A stretch of 24,000 nt of DNA from the NCBI GenBank assembly GCA_009928665.1, contig SACF01000039.1, positions 1-24,000 of the forward strand, read 5' to 3'. This DNA is from Alphaproteobacteria bacterium. Lineage in GTDB: Bacteria; Bacteroidota; Bacteroidia; Bacteroidales; FEN-979. Within the stretch, counting starts at the first letter, position 1, and the number at the start of each line of letters is the position of its first letter. A program made the position numbers and the translations under genes. This document shows positions 15,369-24,000 of this stretch, piece by piece. The notes beneath the pieces were generated by a model, which was given only the letters and a program-made list of their open reading frames with translations, was not told the DNA's origin and searched no databases.

Positions 15369-16217
15369 ATGAAAGCAATGATGATCTTGAATAATGGCTG
15401 TGGTGCCGGACAGACCGTAAAAAGCAGGAGTTTATTTAAAAGTCTCATTCCTGCCTTGATTGCCTTTGTACTGACCCTTACCGCAGTCACCCCGGCCCGT
15501 TCACAGGTGGTTATCGCGTTGTTGTTCGGAGACAAGCTGAACACACCCTCGCTAAAATTCGGTCTCGACGGGGGAATCAATCTGGCCACCCTTACCAACA
15601 TCGATAAGTCAAGCTTTACCGCCGGCTTTAACCTTGGATTGTATTTCGACATCCTGCTCAAGCAGAATACAAACTGGTACATCCATACCGGCGTATTGCT
15701 GAAATCTCCGATGGGAGGCGATAAGCTGAGTACTTATTCGTTGGCCGATCCCGCGCTGGATACCATGTTTTTATCAGGTCATGTTCAGCGTCAGCTCCGG
15801 TATATCAATCTTCCCATCCTGATAAGGTACAAGCTGAAATGCCAGTTCTTTATCGAAGCAGGTCCGATGTTCGGGGTGCTGACAAAAGCCACCGACGTGT
15901 TTTATAACACGATATCCGACGAAAATGATGTATCGTACAAGAACAACATTTACAAAAAATGCAACTGGTTTGATGTGGGAGCCATGGGCGGCATCGGTTA
16001 TCATTTTATGAAAGGGACCGGTTTGAATTTGGGAGTCAGGTATTATTACGGATTCACACATGTTCTTGCAAAAGGCGTTCCCGATCCGGGACAGAATAAT
16101 TCCCTGTATGTTTACCTGAGCATTCCGATCGGCGCGGGTGAAAAGTCACAGGCAAAGGCCGCTGAAAAAGCAAAAGAAAAAGCTGCAAAACAGCAGGAAA
16201 AGAATATGAACAAATAA
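15369..16217 (+). CDS. Outer-membrane beta-barrel (porin/PorT-like) protein with a Lys/Ala/Glu-rich C-terminal tail
   Basis: It has a signal-like segment LIPALIAFVLTLTAVTPARSQ and beta-strand motifs (LKFGLDGGINLATL, FNLGLYFDI, LGVRYYYGFT). An unusual charged tail follows the barrel: GEKSQAKAAEKAKEKAAKQQEKNMNK. Confidence 0.7.
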   Translation: MKAMMILNNGCGAGQTVKSRSLFKSLIPALIAFVLTLTAVTPARSQVVIALLFGDKLNTPSLKFGLDGGINLATLTNIDKSSFTAGFNLGLYFDILLKQNTNWYIHTGVLLKSPMGGDKLSTYSLADPALDTMFLSGHVQRQLRYINLPILIRYKLKCQFFIEAGPMFGVLTKATDVFYNTISDENDVSYKNNIYKKCNWFDVGAMGGIGYHFMKGTGLNLGVRYYYGFTHVLAKGVPDPGQNNSLYVYLSIPIGAGEKSQAKAAEKAKEKAAKQQEKNMNK

Positions 16218-16218
16218 G

Positions 16219-16548
16219 GTGAAGGCGATCAGATATTTAGCGGTTGTCCTGTTATTGCTTACGGGTATTGTCCATTTGATTCTGGGATTCATGGCTCCCG
16301 GGCGATCAGAGGCTGTTTTAATGATCCTTTTTGGCGTTGCCTATTTTGTCGCGGGACTGACGCTGCTGCTGAAACCGGCCGCAGGAACAATCATGGGAAT
16401 GATTTTCCCGCTTGCAGGGTTGCTCATCGGGATCTTCAAAATAGGACCAGCCAGTTGGAGCACATTGTTTTGTATCCTCTTTGCCGTTGATGCAATAATT
16501 CTGATCTCCTGTTTCTATATCCGGTTTTTCCAACATAAAGAAACATAA
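16219..16548 (+). CDS. Small membrane protein (about 3-4 TM helices)
   Basis: 109 aa, strongly hydrophobic. It has a GTG start 1 nt after the upstream stop codon. No family was recognised. Confidence 0.5.
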   Translation: MKAIRYLAVVLLLLTGIVHLILGFMAPGRSEAVLMILFGVAYFVAGLTLLLKPAAGTIMGMIFPLAGLLIGIFKIGPASWSTLFCILFAVDAIILISCFYIRFFQHKET

Positions 16549-16596
16549 TTCCTGCAGTAAACCTGCACATGATCACTGCGCCCTCCCCATTGCTTT

Positions 16597-18033
16597 TCAC
16601 CCTTCGAGCATTTCCACTTTTTCGCGGAGGATTTCGAGGGTGAGCCGGATCGTTTTCAGGTGAGTCCGGAATGAAAGAATGGCGAGCCGCAGGGTGAACT
16701 TCCCGTCGAGGACGGTTGAGGAGATGAATACCCGCCCGTCTTTCACCACCTCTTCGGCCAGCCGTTTATTAAAATCATCGGGATCGCCGGTTTTGGGGAT
16801 CCAGCGGTAGGTCACAATCGACAAATCCGGTTCGCAACCGGTCTCAAAACCCAGCTTGCCGATTTCACGGTAGAAATATTTTGCCAGCAGCAGCTTTTCT
16901 TCAAGGGCTGCCACGAAAGGCTTTGTCCCGAGAAGCTTCAGCGGCAGCCAGAACCGTAGTCCCCTGAAATGCTTGGTGAGTTCGGGTGAAAGGTCGGAGG
17001 GAGAGATCTCCTCTCCTTCACCCTGGGCGTCCTGAAGATAGGGAGCCAGGTAATAGTGCGAATTTCTCAGGCTGGCCATCTCTTTCACGATGACGGCGCC
17101 CAGTCCGTAAGGCAGGAACATTCCCTTGTGCGGATCGATGCACACGGAATCGGCCTTTTCGATGCCGGCAAATTTCATTTTTCCTTCTGATGTCAGGATG
17201 AAGAAACCGCCGTAAGCGGCATCTACATGAAGCCACAATCCTTTCGCAGCGACAATTTTACCGATCCTTTCCAGCGGATCGACGGCGCCCGTGTCGGTAG
17301 TCCCCGCCGAGGCAACGATCAGGAAGGGATTCAGCCCATGTTCTTTATCACTTCGGATGGCCGATTCCAGCTCGCCGGCATTTATCCTGTATGCCTGATC
17401 CAGCGGGACGTAACGCAGGATGCATTCATTCAGTCCGGCAATGCGGATCGCCTTCTGAACCGAATGATGCGTTTGCTGCGAAAGATAGATTACCGATTTT
17501 GTGATGTTTTTCGAGCCAATCCCTTTCGCATCCCTGGCAGTCACGATGGCGATGAGGTTCGCGATGCTGCCTCCCGAGGTGAGATTTCCCGCGGCGGTTT
17601 TTGGAAAACCCAGGATCCCCGCCAGCCAGGAGATCAGCATGTTTTCCATGCGCACAGCCCCGGGTGAGCCGAAGAACAAAGCCGCCAGGCGATTTGTCAC
17701 ATCGGCCAGGTAATCGCCCAGGGCCGAATAATAGATCCCTCCCCCGGGGATGAAGCCCAGGTAACCGCCCGATGCCGGGTTCAACCCGTGAGAATCCACA
17801 TTCGACCTCAACAGGTCCAGCGCCTGATCTATTGCAAGTGGTTCCTCTGAGATCGGGGAATCCAGCAATCCGATCCCTTTGCCGGCGGTGAAATCATAAG
17901 CCTTTAAGGTTTCTATGCGGTTTAAAAAATCTTCGCCGTATGCAATGACTTTATCCCGGGTTTTTTTTCGTTGGCCTGCCGAAGGTTCCAGTGCGCGTGC
18001 GGCTTTTTCGAGCTGTTGCAGTCTCCGTATCAT
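16597..18033 (-). CDS. Pyridoxal-phosphate-dependent group II amino-acid decarboxylase (aromatic amino acid/tyrosine/glutamate decarboxylase-like)
   Basis: It has the PLP-lysine motif CIDPHKGMFLPYGLG and SGGSIANL...TARD and AGTTDTGAVDP blocks typical of group II decarboxylases. ATG 18033 (MIRRLQQLEK...) is preferred, and the track start 18084 is possible. Confidence 0.85.
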   Translation of the reverse strand: MIRRLQQLEKAARALEPSAGQRKKTRDKVIAYGEDFLNRIETLKAYDFTAGKGIGLLDSPISEEPLAIDQALDLLRSNVDSHGLNPASGGYLGFIPGGGIYYSALGDYLADVTNRLAALFFGSPGAVRMENMLISWLAGILGFPKTAAGNLTSGGSIANLIAIVTARDAKGIGSKNITKSVIYLSQQTHHSVQKAIRIAGLNECILRYVPLDQAYRINAGELESAIRSDKEHGLNPFLIVASAGTTDTGAVDPLERIGKIVAAKGLWLHVDAAYGGFFILTSEGKMKFAGIEKADSVCIDPHKGMFLPYGLGAVIVKEMASLRNSHYYLAPYLQDAQGEGEEISPSDLSPELTKHFRGLRFWLPLKLLGTKPFVAALEEKLLLAKYFYREIGKLGFETGCEPDLSIVTYRWIPKTGDPDDFNKRLAEEVVKDGRVFISSTVLDGKFTLRLAILSFRTHLKTIRLTLEILREKVEMLEG

Positions 18034-18134
18034 AGTTTGCCGATTGATCACGGCAAAGGTAGTGAAACGCGGGATGTGCCGCATACTCTTTCATGGCCGG
18101 TAACCGGGGAAAAACCAAATCCGGTATACGCCTG

Positions 18135-19259
18135 TCAGGGATCCCGTCTCAGCACGGCAGTCAGGCAACGGGGACCTGAGCCGTATCCTATAGTTTCAAC
18201 AGCCGGGATCGTAATGACTTTCATCCCTTTTCTGTCGTAAGCATCAATGATTCGTGTCAGGTGCTCAGGAACTACGATCGTGGTCTCGTTTATGCTCAGA
18301 TTATTTGCCCCGGCGGTCTCGTCGAGTTTCGTTTCAATCTTATCCCACGATTTCAACGGTTCAGGAAGGGGATCCAGCAAGGCTTCAGGACAATAGGTCA
18401 TCAATCCCGGCCGGTTCAGCGATAGCAACCAGTCGAGGTGGAAAAGGTCGGGTTTAAGTCGGATCACGTGAACCCGGTATTCGTTACCAAGGAGTTGTTT
18501 GAGCCAGACCACACCTTTGGGACTTGTTGCATTCCCCGACATCCCCACATACACATTGTGGCCGTCGACCATAATATCTCCATTCTCAAGGAAAAGGTCG
18601 TCACGGGTATAGTGGGGCGATGGTGGAGGAGTAGCGAAATAGGGATTGTCGGTACCCTCGAGCAGCGGCTCCAAAACCCGCCTGATCGTCCAGATGTTGC
18701 TCCGCCGGAAGGGAAGATGAAATGAATTGAGCAGAATCACATTGGTTCCAAGTACCCTGAAAAAATCGGCGCCGCCAATGGTATAACTTCCCTTCTGAAC
18801 ATCTTTCAGGTAGTTGATCTCTTCCTTATAATCCTGGGGAATGGGTTTGGTGCGGTGAACCACCACCCCGTGATCGGTAAGAACTTTCTCCAGCCTGTCG
18901 ATGGTGATTATCATATTTTTCGCCTCTGCAGGAAATGCTTCCAGGGTCTTGATCCCGGCGCTCTCTCTTAATGCCTTTTTCCCTTCCTCCGATACCCAGA
19001 TCAGGGCATCGACATACCCGGGATCTATCATTCCTTCAACATTTCCGAGGACGACTTCACGCAGCGTTCCCCATTCGTTCCATGCCCCGATGATTCTTTT
19101 AGGATCGGGTGCGTTTCCCAAGTCGCCACTGGATGAAATCACACTTTTTCCCGGTGCATTTACCAGGTTATTTGAAAACACATCACCACCGACGACAGCC
19201 CCGCCAATGGTCAGTCCGATAGCTTTGAGAGCATTTCGGCGAGAAATTTTCTCTTTCAT
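18135..19259 (-). CDS. Guanidino-group-modifying enzyme superfamily protein (amidinotransferase/deiminase fold) with a twin-arginine signal peptide
   Basis: The N-terminus MKEKISRRNALKAIGLTIGGAVVGG matches the Tat consensus S-R-R-x-x-L-K. The C-terminus ...GYGSGPRCLTAVLRRDP places a Cys where amidinotransferases, deiminases and DDAH have the catalytic Cys (GGG.HC.T / GGGPRCM). Confidence 0.7.
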   Translation of the reverse strand: MKEKISRRNALKAIGLTIGGAVVGGDVFSNNLVNAPGKSVISSSGDLGNAPDPKRIIGAWNEWGTLREVVLGNVEGMIDPGYVDALIWVSEEGKKALRESAGIKTLEAFPAEAKNMIITIDRLEKVLTDHGVVVHRTKPIPQDYKEEINYLKDVQKGSYTIGGADFFRVLGTNVILLNSFHLPFRRSNIWTIRRVLEPLLEGTDNPYFATPPPSPHYTRDDLFLENGDIMVDGHNVYVGMSGNATSPKGVVWLKQLLGNEYRVHVIRLKPDLFHLDWLLSLNRPGLMTYCPEALLDPLPEPLKSWDKIETKLDETAGANNLSINETTIVVPEHLTRIIDAYDRKGMKVITIPAVETIGYGSGPRCLTAVLRRDP

Positions 19260-19878
19260 AAGTCAAAGTTGGTTTTTAGGATCTGATGGATTGGTTTGTA
19301 AATGATTATCTGATAAAGAAGAATGATCTGTAAGCAAAATCACAAAAAGGCATCTTTCGCAGGCTGATTGCGGGATTCAGAATAATTCATGCCCCAATAC
19401 AGCCCGATTAACCATCCATCTACGAAATTAATATATTTTATTATATCGATTTTATGTGCAACGACCCTCCGAAAAAAAATTGTAAATAATCTGATTTCCG
19501 GGGATTCATATTAACGAAAACCGGTTGGTGTGTTACGGTTGATACCACACGAAGAAAAGTACTACTGAGAGGCAACGTAAAACAGGTTTATGGTTACAGT
19601 TACTAATTAAACCGTAACACCTACGAGTTTATCCTTGAATCTCGTATTTAAAAAAAATAAATTTGTTGCTAATGTTCGCCAGCCTAACTGTATATGAGAA
19701 GCTGATTGCATATCTGAAACTGTTCTAAACCAACTAACCTTCTTCGAACACGGAATCCTGCCGTAAGCATCAAGACAACAGGAATAATCATGCAATATTT
19801 TATTTTTCCGCTACTGATAATCCATCGCTCACTTGCATTCAGGTAGATGATCCTGTATGGTCAACGAGCAACTGGCCG

Positions 19879-20811
19879 TTGATTGATAACACTGCACACT
19901 TTTCAAGCGACTGCAACTTAACGGATTCTGACGGGGATGGCATTCCGGATAACATGGATGATTACCCAATGGATCCTTTACGGGCGTTCAACAATCTGTT
20001 TCCTGCCGCTGGCTATGGCAGCCTGGCATTCGAAGATTTGTGGCCGGGAATGGGGGACTACGATTTCAATGACGTGGTGGTGGACTACCGGTTTCTGACC
20101 GTGACTGACGCGTCGAATTATGTTGTTGATGTTGATCTGACGTTCGTGATAAAGGCAAGCGGGGCATATTATCATAACGGTTTCGGGTTTAACCTTCCCG
20201 ATGCATCTGCTTTGTTTCTTTCCAGGATCAACGCTTTGAATGTTACGGGGCAAGAAATTAAGGAGAATTACATCTCCTTGAAATCAAACGGTTTTGAGAA
20301 TGGTCAGTCGAAACCCACCGTCATTGTTTTTGATGATGTTTTTAATTCCCTGCCTCATGCGGGATCAGGGCTGGGGGTGAACACCGAGATGACGGCACCG
20401 TTTGTCCCCTACGACACCATTGTGGTTCATATCTCAACCGGAACAGAAAAACTTCTGGAATCAGATTTTGCCCTTTCAACATGGAATCCCTTCATTATGG
20501 TTGATCAACAACGGGGCATCGAGGTTCATCTTGCCGACCGGCCGCCAACCGATCTTGCGAATGCTGCACTGCTGGGCACCATGGATGATGATTCAAAACC
20601 TTCAACAGGGAAATTCTACAAGACCAAAAACAACCTTCCATGGGCAATTGAAATTGTCAGTGCGTTTGAGTGGCCGGTTGAGAAGGTGAAAATAACGGAT
20701 GCATATCTGCACTTCCTTGATTGGGCAGTGAGCGCCGGTTCTGCATATGGCGACTGGTATCTTGACCATTCGGGTTACCGCGACAGATCAAAAATTTACG
20801 ACAAGCATTAA
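19879..20811 (+). CDS. LruC-domain protein (DUF4842-like); N-terminus probably disrupted
   Basis: The Asp-rich calcium-type motif DSDGDGIPDNMDDYPMDP is followed by the hallmark LAFEDLWPGMGDYDFNDVVVDYRF of LruC-domain proteins. The only in-frame start is TTG 19879, with no signal peptide. See the frameshift finding. Confidence 0.7.
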   Translation: MIDNTAHFSSDCNLTDSDGDGIPDNMDDYPMDPLRAFNNLFPAAGYGSLAFEDLWPGMGDYDFNDVVVDYRFLTVTDASNYVVDVDLTFVIKASGAYYHNGFGFNLPDASALFLSRINALNVTGQEIKENYISLKSNGFENGQSKPTVIVFDDVFNSLPHAGSGLGVNTEMTAPFVPYDTIVVHISTGTEKLLESDFALSTWNPFIMVDQQRGIEVHLADRPPTDLANAALLGTMDDDSKPSTGKFYKTKNNLPWAIEIVSAFEWPVEKVKITDAYLHFLDWAVSAGSAYGDWYLDHSGYRDRSKIYDKH

Positions 20812-20924
20812 TCGTTGGGTTTGCCGGTTCCTGTTCAAAAATGCAGGTATTCAAAATACTTCGGCAAATTGAGTTTTCGCAAAATCACAAAGGTTCTGTA
20901 AACGATCCCTGATCCGCGGACTTC

Positions 20925-22850
20925 TCACCGCAGCCGGATCAGCTTCGTGCAGTAAACATTCCCGCCGGTTTTCAGCAGGCAGACATAGATCCCGGCAGGC
21001 CACTCCGACGGGGTGATCACACACGACCGGCAGGCAAGATCTGCTGCGGTCAGCGCCCGCCAATAGACCGGTTTTCCCGTCATGTCGCGCACTTCAAGGG
21101 TTGCAGCCTGCATCCCGGGTATGCTGAATGAAACGGTGACCGCTCCGTCCGAAGGATTCGGAAAGAGGCTGAGGACCACCGGCTTCCGGGCTTCATTGCC
21201 GGCGGAAAGGAGGTTGCAGTTCATGGCGGTTTCGAGGATCTCGTCCCGCCCCTGCCGGATACCCGCAATGGTTGGCCATACTTCGATGTCGGGCACGATC
21301 CCCACCCGCTGGGTTGGCGTGTAGTCGGGGTAAAAGGTGCCCAGCCCCGTGAAGTTCGCCGAGAGGTTGCCGGGCAGGGAGATGACCGACACATTGCCGT
21401 CGGCGGCTTTGGTCTGGTTCCCGATCTTGATCGCGCCGGGATGCTGCTCGAGCCCCATCACGGTGTACTCCGCCTGGCTGATGGTGCGGATATCAAACAG
21501 GATGATCAATTGCCCCTGGTATACTTCCGGAGAATAGCTCCCCACATTTACATTCTTCCAGAACAACACGCCGGGATAATCGATGTCGGGGGTGGTGAAC
21601 GCCGCAATCTGAAAAGGCTGTGGGAACAGGTAGTTGACCAGGTACCATAAGGTTCCCTGGGGATAATTCCGGATGTCGAAGATGATGGCATCGGTCTCCC
21701 ACAGATCGTTCATCATCGCGCCGGTCTGGCTCGTGGTGAGGCGCCCCATATCCACATAACCGAATGTGCAGCCGCCTGCCGCCACGGTATCGTACCACAC
21801 CGGCGTGGTATTCTGTTCGAAAACAGAGAACTGGCTGGCCGACCAGTCGCGCTGAAGCACAGCCGGGTGGATTCCTGCCTGATTTTCGACGGTAACGGGA
21901 AACGACCCATACGGGCCCCGCAGGATGTCGTCAAGCACATAGGAGGCTACCGCCGGCGGATTCGACCCATGGGTGAAGGCTTCGAGGCTGTCGTGCAGAA
22001 TGCCGATATCGACGCCGTCGATGGTGCGGATGATATCGCCCGGCGCGATGACGTTCACCGAGGACGATACTTTGGTGACCACCGTCTCTCCTTCGACCAT
22101 CGCGATTGAAAACCGCGGGTAATAGCTCCCCAGGATGGAATTTACGACCCCGCCGTTGAGGAAGGCATGCGAATCGTCGATGCGCTTGGCCAACAGCATC
22201 ACGGCCTTGTCGTAGGCCACCGCGTTCTGTGCCCCGAGGAAGAGCGGGATAACCTCGGCAAGTGTGGTGTCCCACGGCTGATCCATGATGTTTTTATAGG
22301 GGAAGAAGTAGTTCAGGATGTTCCAGTAGCGGAAAAGCGAGAGGATGCGCAGTGGCTCCGTCGGGAACTGGCCCGAGCCGCTGTTGTAGAGGATGTCGTT
22401 GTCGAAGGTGGGATTCCCGTTTACGAAGGCTTCACCCACGAGGCAGTGCGGCCGAGGCCTGAATCGCACGCGGATGGTGTCGAGCGCACCCCTGACCTGC
22501 TGCGTGAAGACCGGGTCCTGGAACCACGACAGGTCAAGGTTGTACATCAGGCTGTCGGGCACGACGGGCATCGGCACGGTGGGGAGCGCGGGGGGGCCCG
22601 GACTGTTGATCAGTGTGAGCAACGCCTGGTTGAACGCGTCGGTGGTGGTCGCGGCTTCGATCTGCGGAAGCGCCTGCAGCAGGGCACTGTCAAGGTTGAC
22701 CGTGCAGTTTGCCGTTTCGGAATGAAAATACTTGACAAACCCCCACACCTTGCAGGTATAGAAAAGCCGTCCGGGATAATCCGGCAGTGACTGTCCGCAT
22801 ACGGTTGCGGCAACCGCCATGCTGAACAACAAGAGGATAATGCGTTTCAT
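20925..22850 (-). CDS. S41-family (tail-specific/C-terminal processing-like) peptidase with a T9SS C-terminal sorting domain
   Basis: 641 aa. The signal peptide is MKRIILLLFSMAVAATVCGQ. It has S41-like blocks IIFDIRNYPQGT and LIILFDIRTISQAEY. The C-terminal LFPNPSDGAVTVSF...GIYVCLLKTGGNVYCTKLIRL matches the T9SS CTD pattern. Confidence 0.8.
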   Translation of the reverse strand: MKRIILLLFSMAVAATVCGQSLPDYPGRLFYTCKVWGFVKYFHSETANCTVNLDSALLQALPQIEAATTTDAFNQALLTLINSPGPPALPTVPMPVVPDSLMYNLDLSWFQDPVFTQQVRGALDTIRVRFRPRPHCLVGEAFVNGNPTFDNDILYNSGSGQFPTEPLRILSLFRYWNILNYFFPYKNIMDQPWDTTLAEVIPLFLGAQNAVAYDKAVMLLAKRIDDSHAFLNGGVVNSILGSYYPRFSIAMVEGETVVTKVSSSVNVIAPGDIIRTIDGVDIGILHDSLEAFTHGSNPPAVASYVLDDILRGPYGSFPVTVENQAGIHPAVLQRDWSASQFSVFEQNTTPVWYDTVAAGGCTFGYVDMGRLTTSQTGAMMNDLWETDAIIFDIRNYPQGTLWYLVNYLFPQPFQIAAFTTPDIDYPGVLFWKNVNVGSYSPEVYQGQLIILFDIRTISQAEYTVMGLEQHPGAIKIGNQTKAADGNVSVISLPGNLSANFTGLGTFYPDYTPTQRVGIVPDIEVWPTIAGIRQGRDEILETAMNCNLLSAGNEARKPVVLSLFPNPSDGAVTVSFSIPGMQAATLEVRDMTGKPVYWRALTAADLACRSCVITPSEWPAGIYVCLLKTGGNVYCTKLIRLR

Positions 22851-23136
22851 GAGATGTGCGTTTATAGCCCTGTACAGCGCCGTTCAGTTCCTGGGTGCCA
22901 GCCCCGTTAATGACTTCCATCGCCAAGACAAATTTACGATATAAACCGTCACTGTCAGGTAACGTTTCATGAAAACCCTTCATTACGTACCCGCAAACGA
23001 TTTCTTCGACAACATGCTGAGTGTTTTTAACCATCCCGGGAGCGTCCCCGGATAAAAGCAATCGACCGGGTTGCTCAAGTTTGCCCCCTGTTTTTCAGAA
23101 TAGCTGAGACCGCAATCAGCATTGATTTTTCAAAGC

Positions 23137-24000
23137 TTATTTTTGCTTGAGATTGAGTTTCCAGATACAATTGGTCCAGGTGCTGTCGGGTTCAGCATAT
23201 CTCAACATTGCAGGGAAATCAGGGGAAATACATAGTGAGGATATCTGCAATACGCCGCCCTTGATATACCTGGCGTCAGGATCCACGACGATCTGCTTTG
23301 AACCTCCACTGTATGTTGCATATTCAAGCTTCCTCAGCGTATTGTCAAGCGTTAAAATCACCAGGTCCATGCCGCCACTAATGGTTGAAAACAGTGCGTC
23401 TTTTGTTACCGGGAAGTCCCTGGATGAGGATGTGCCGACCAAAACGTATTTCTGGTTTTCTGTTTTTGAAACATAGTTCATCCAATCGGTCCTTGATCCG
23501 CCTATAAATGAAGAATATTCAGGTTTGTTCGTTTTCAGATTGAATTTCATGATAAAACCATCCGACTTTCCGCCCAGGTACCTTTTATTTAATGCATTGG
23601 CCGTGACCGGGAAATCAGGTGACTTTGTCTGTCCGGCGAGAATACATTGATCGGCATTCTCCACAAAGACAGAATTGACCTGGTCGGTTGAATCTCCCCC
23701 GATAAACGTTGAATATTCAATCCCTGACAGGTTCTTGCTGACGATGGTGAAAAAACCATCCTGCGTTCCGGCCATGCTTTTTTGATACGCATTTTTCGTC
23801 ACCGGAAAATTGGCAGAATAAGTTTGACCGGTAAGTATGATTTTCCCCTTCATACCGAAAGAAACGGATCTCACATGGTCGATGGATTTTCCGCCCAGAT
23901 AGGTAGAATACAGAATTTTATCAAGATCCGGAGATAAAGCGGTAATGGTTATATCCCCGACATCAAAGCGGTGGAGGCTATCAGGCGGTGATGAATTATC
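23137..24000 (-). CDS. SBBP (beta-propeller) repeat protein, 5'-partial (continues beyond the window)
   Basis: It has repeating units S..FPVT..A......G..DGF..K......YSTFIGG...D (for example TKSPDFPVTANALNKRYLGGKSDGFIMKF). I translated the frame upstream of the track's GTG start, and it stays open with the same repeat (ILYSTYLGGKSIDH) to base 24000. Confidence 0.75.
   Translation of the reverse strand, partial: DNSSPPDSLHRFDVGDITITALSPDLDKILYSTYLGGKSIDHVRSVSFGMKGKIILTGQTYSANFPVTKNAYQKSMAGTQDGFFTIVSKNLSGIEYSTFIGGDSTDQVNSVFVENADQCILAGQTKSPDFPVTANALNKRYLGGKSDGFIMKFNLKTNKPEYSSFIGGSRTDWMNYVSKTENQKYVLVGTSSSRDFPVTKDALFSTISGGMDLVILTLDNTLRKLEYATYSGGSKQIVVDPDARYIKGGVLQISSLCISPDFPAMLRYAEPDSTWTNCIWKLNLKQK

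Noticed and set aside
19607-19795. 62 aa minus-strand ORF in the intergenic region upstream of the LruC gene
   Set aside because: It lies in an AT-rich region and has no motif or ribosome-binding context. It overlaps the signal-peptide-like start proposed for the LruC gene on the opposite strand.
20905-20945. Dyad GATCCGCGG...CCGCAGCCGGATC around the S41 stop codon as a terminator
   Set aside because: The right-hand arm of the dyad lies inside the coding sequence, across the stop codon. The stem is imperfect and no T-tract follows on the minus strand.
20851-22813. ORFs overlapping the S41 peptidase gene (20851..21063, 21493..21798, 21931..22275, 22167..22790 and others)
   Set aside because: This GC-rich, stop-poor stretch generates many spurious frames. 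Only the 641 aa frame has a signal peptide, S41 blocks and a T9SS CTD.
22690-23061. 123 aa minus-strand ORF spanning the S41 start and the upstream intergenic region
   Set aside because: It overlaps the first ~160 nt of the S41 gene out of frame. The non-overlapping 70 codons have no recognisable fold or start context, though a small upstream gene cannot be fully excluded.
1-24000. Searched by eye for CRISPR arrays, tRNA/rRNA genes, IS elements, integrases and toxin-antitoxin or defence-system gene pairs
   Set aside because: I saw no regularly spaced direct repeats, no tRNA-like T-arm/acceptor patterns, no transposase or recombinase motifs, and no long terminal inverted repeats. A computational scan (tRNAscan-SE, ISfinder, minced, DefenseFinder) is needed for certainty.

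Overview
This 24 kb window has about 25 credible genes and looks like a Bacteroidota/FCB-group chromosome. Supporting signs are two T9SS C-terminal sorting domains, LruC and SBBP surface proteins, TAnnTTTG-type promoter boxes and lipoprotein/outer-membrane content. No rRNA, tRNA, CRISPR array, transposase or integrase was recognised. The standout is a complete hgcA-hgcB mercury-methylation gene pair (3330..4668). hgcA encodes the corrinoid membrane protein with the NVWCAAGK cap-helix motif, and hgcB the 2x[4Fe-4S] ferredoxin with the CMECGAC motif and a C-terminal CC. The pair sits in a compact metal-related locus. An ArsR/SmtB repressor with a CxC site lies directly upstream on the same strand. 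A divergent HMA-domain/CDF efflux protein lies across a 37 bp control region. A flavin-reductase-like gene follows 26 bp downstream. hgcAB itself is an established system, so the lineage and gene neighbourhood are the noteworthy part. The rest of the window comprises an AraC regulator plus a LigB-type extradiol dioxygenase, a CrtI-like FAD oxidoreductase, several membrane and outer-membrane beta-barrel proteins, and a large Ser-type sulfatase lipoprotein. It also holds a PLP decarboxylase next to a Tat-signal guanidino-modifying-fold enzyme, and a surface-protein cluster (LruC domain, S41 peptidase with T9SS tail, SBBP repeats). Several signs of gene decay or rearrangement are visible: a 5'-truncated NHL/T9SS gene abutting the sulfatase, an LruC gene separated from its signal peptide by a frameshift, and a possible alpha/beta-hydrolase relic. 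All functional calls rest on motif and family recognition by eye. No database search or computation was run.
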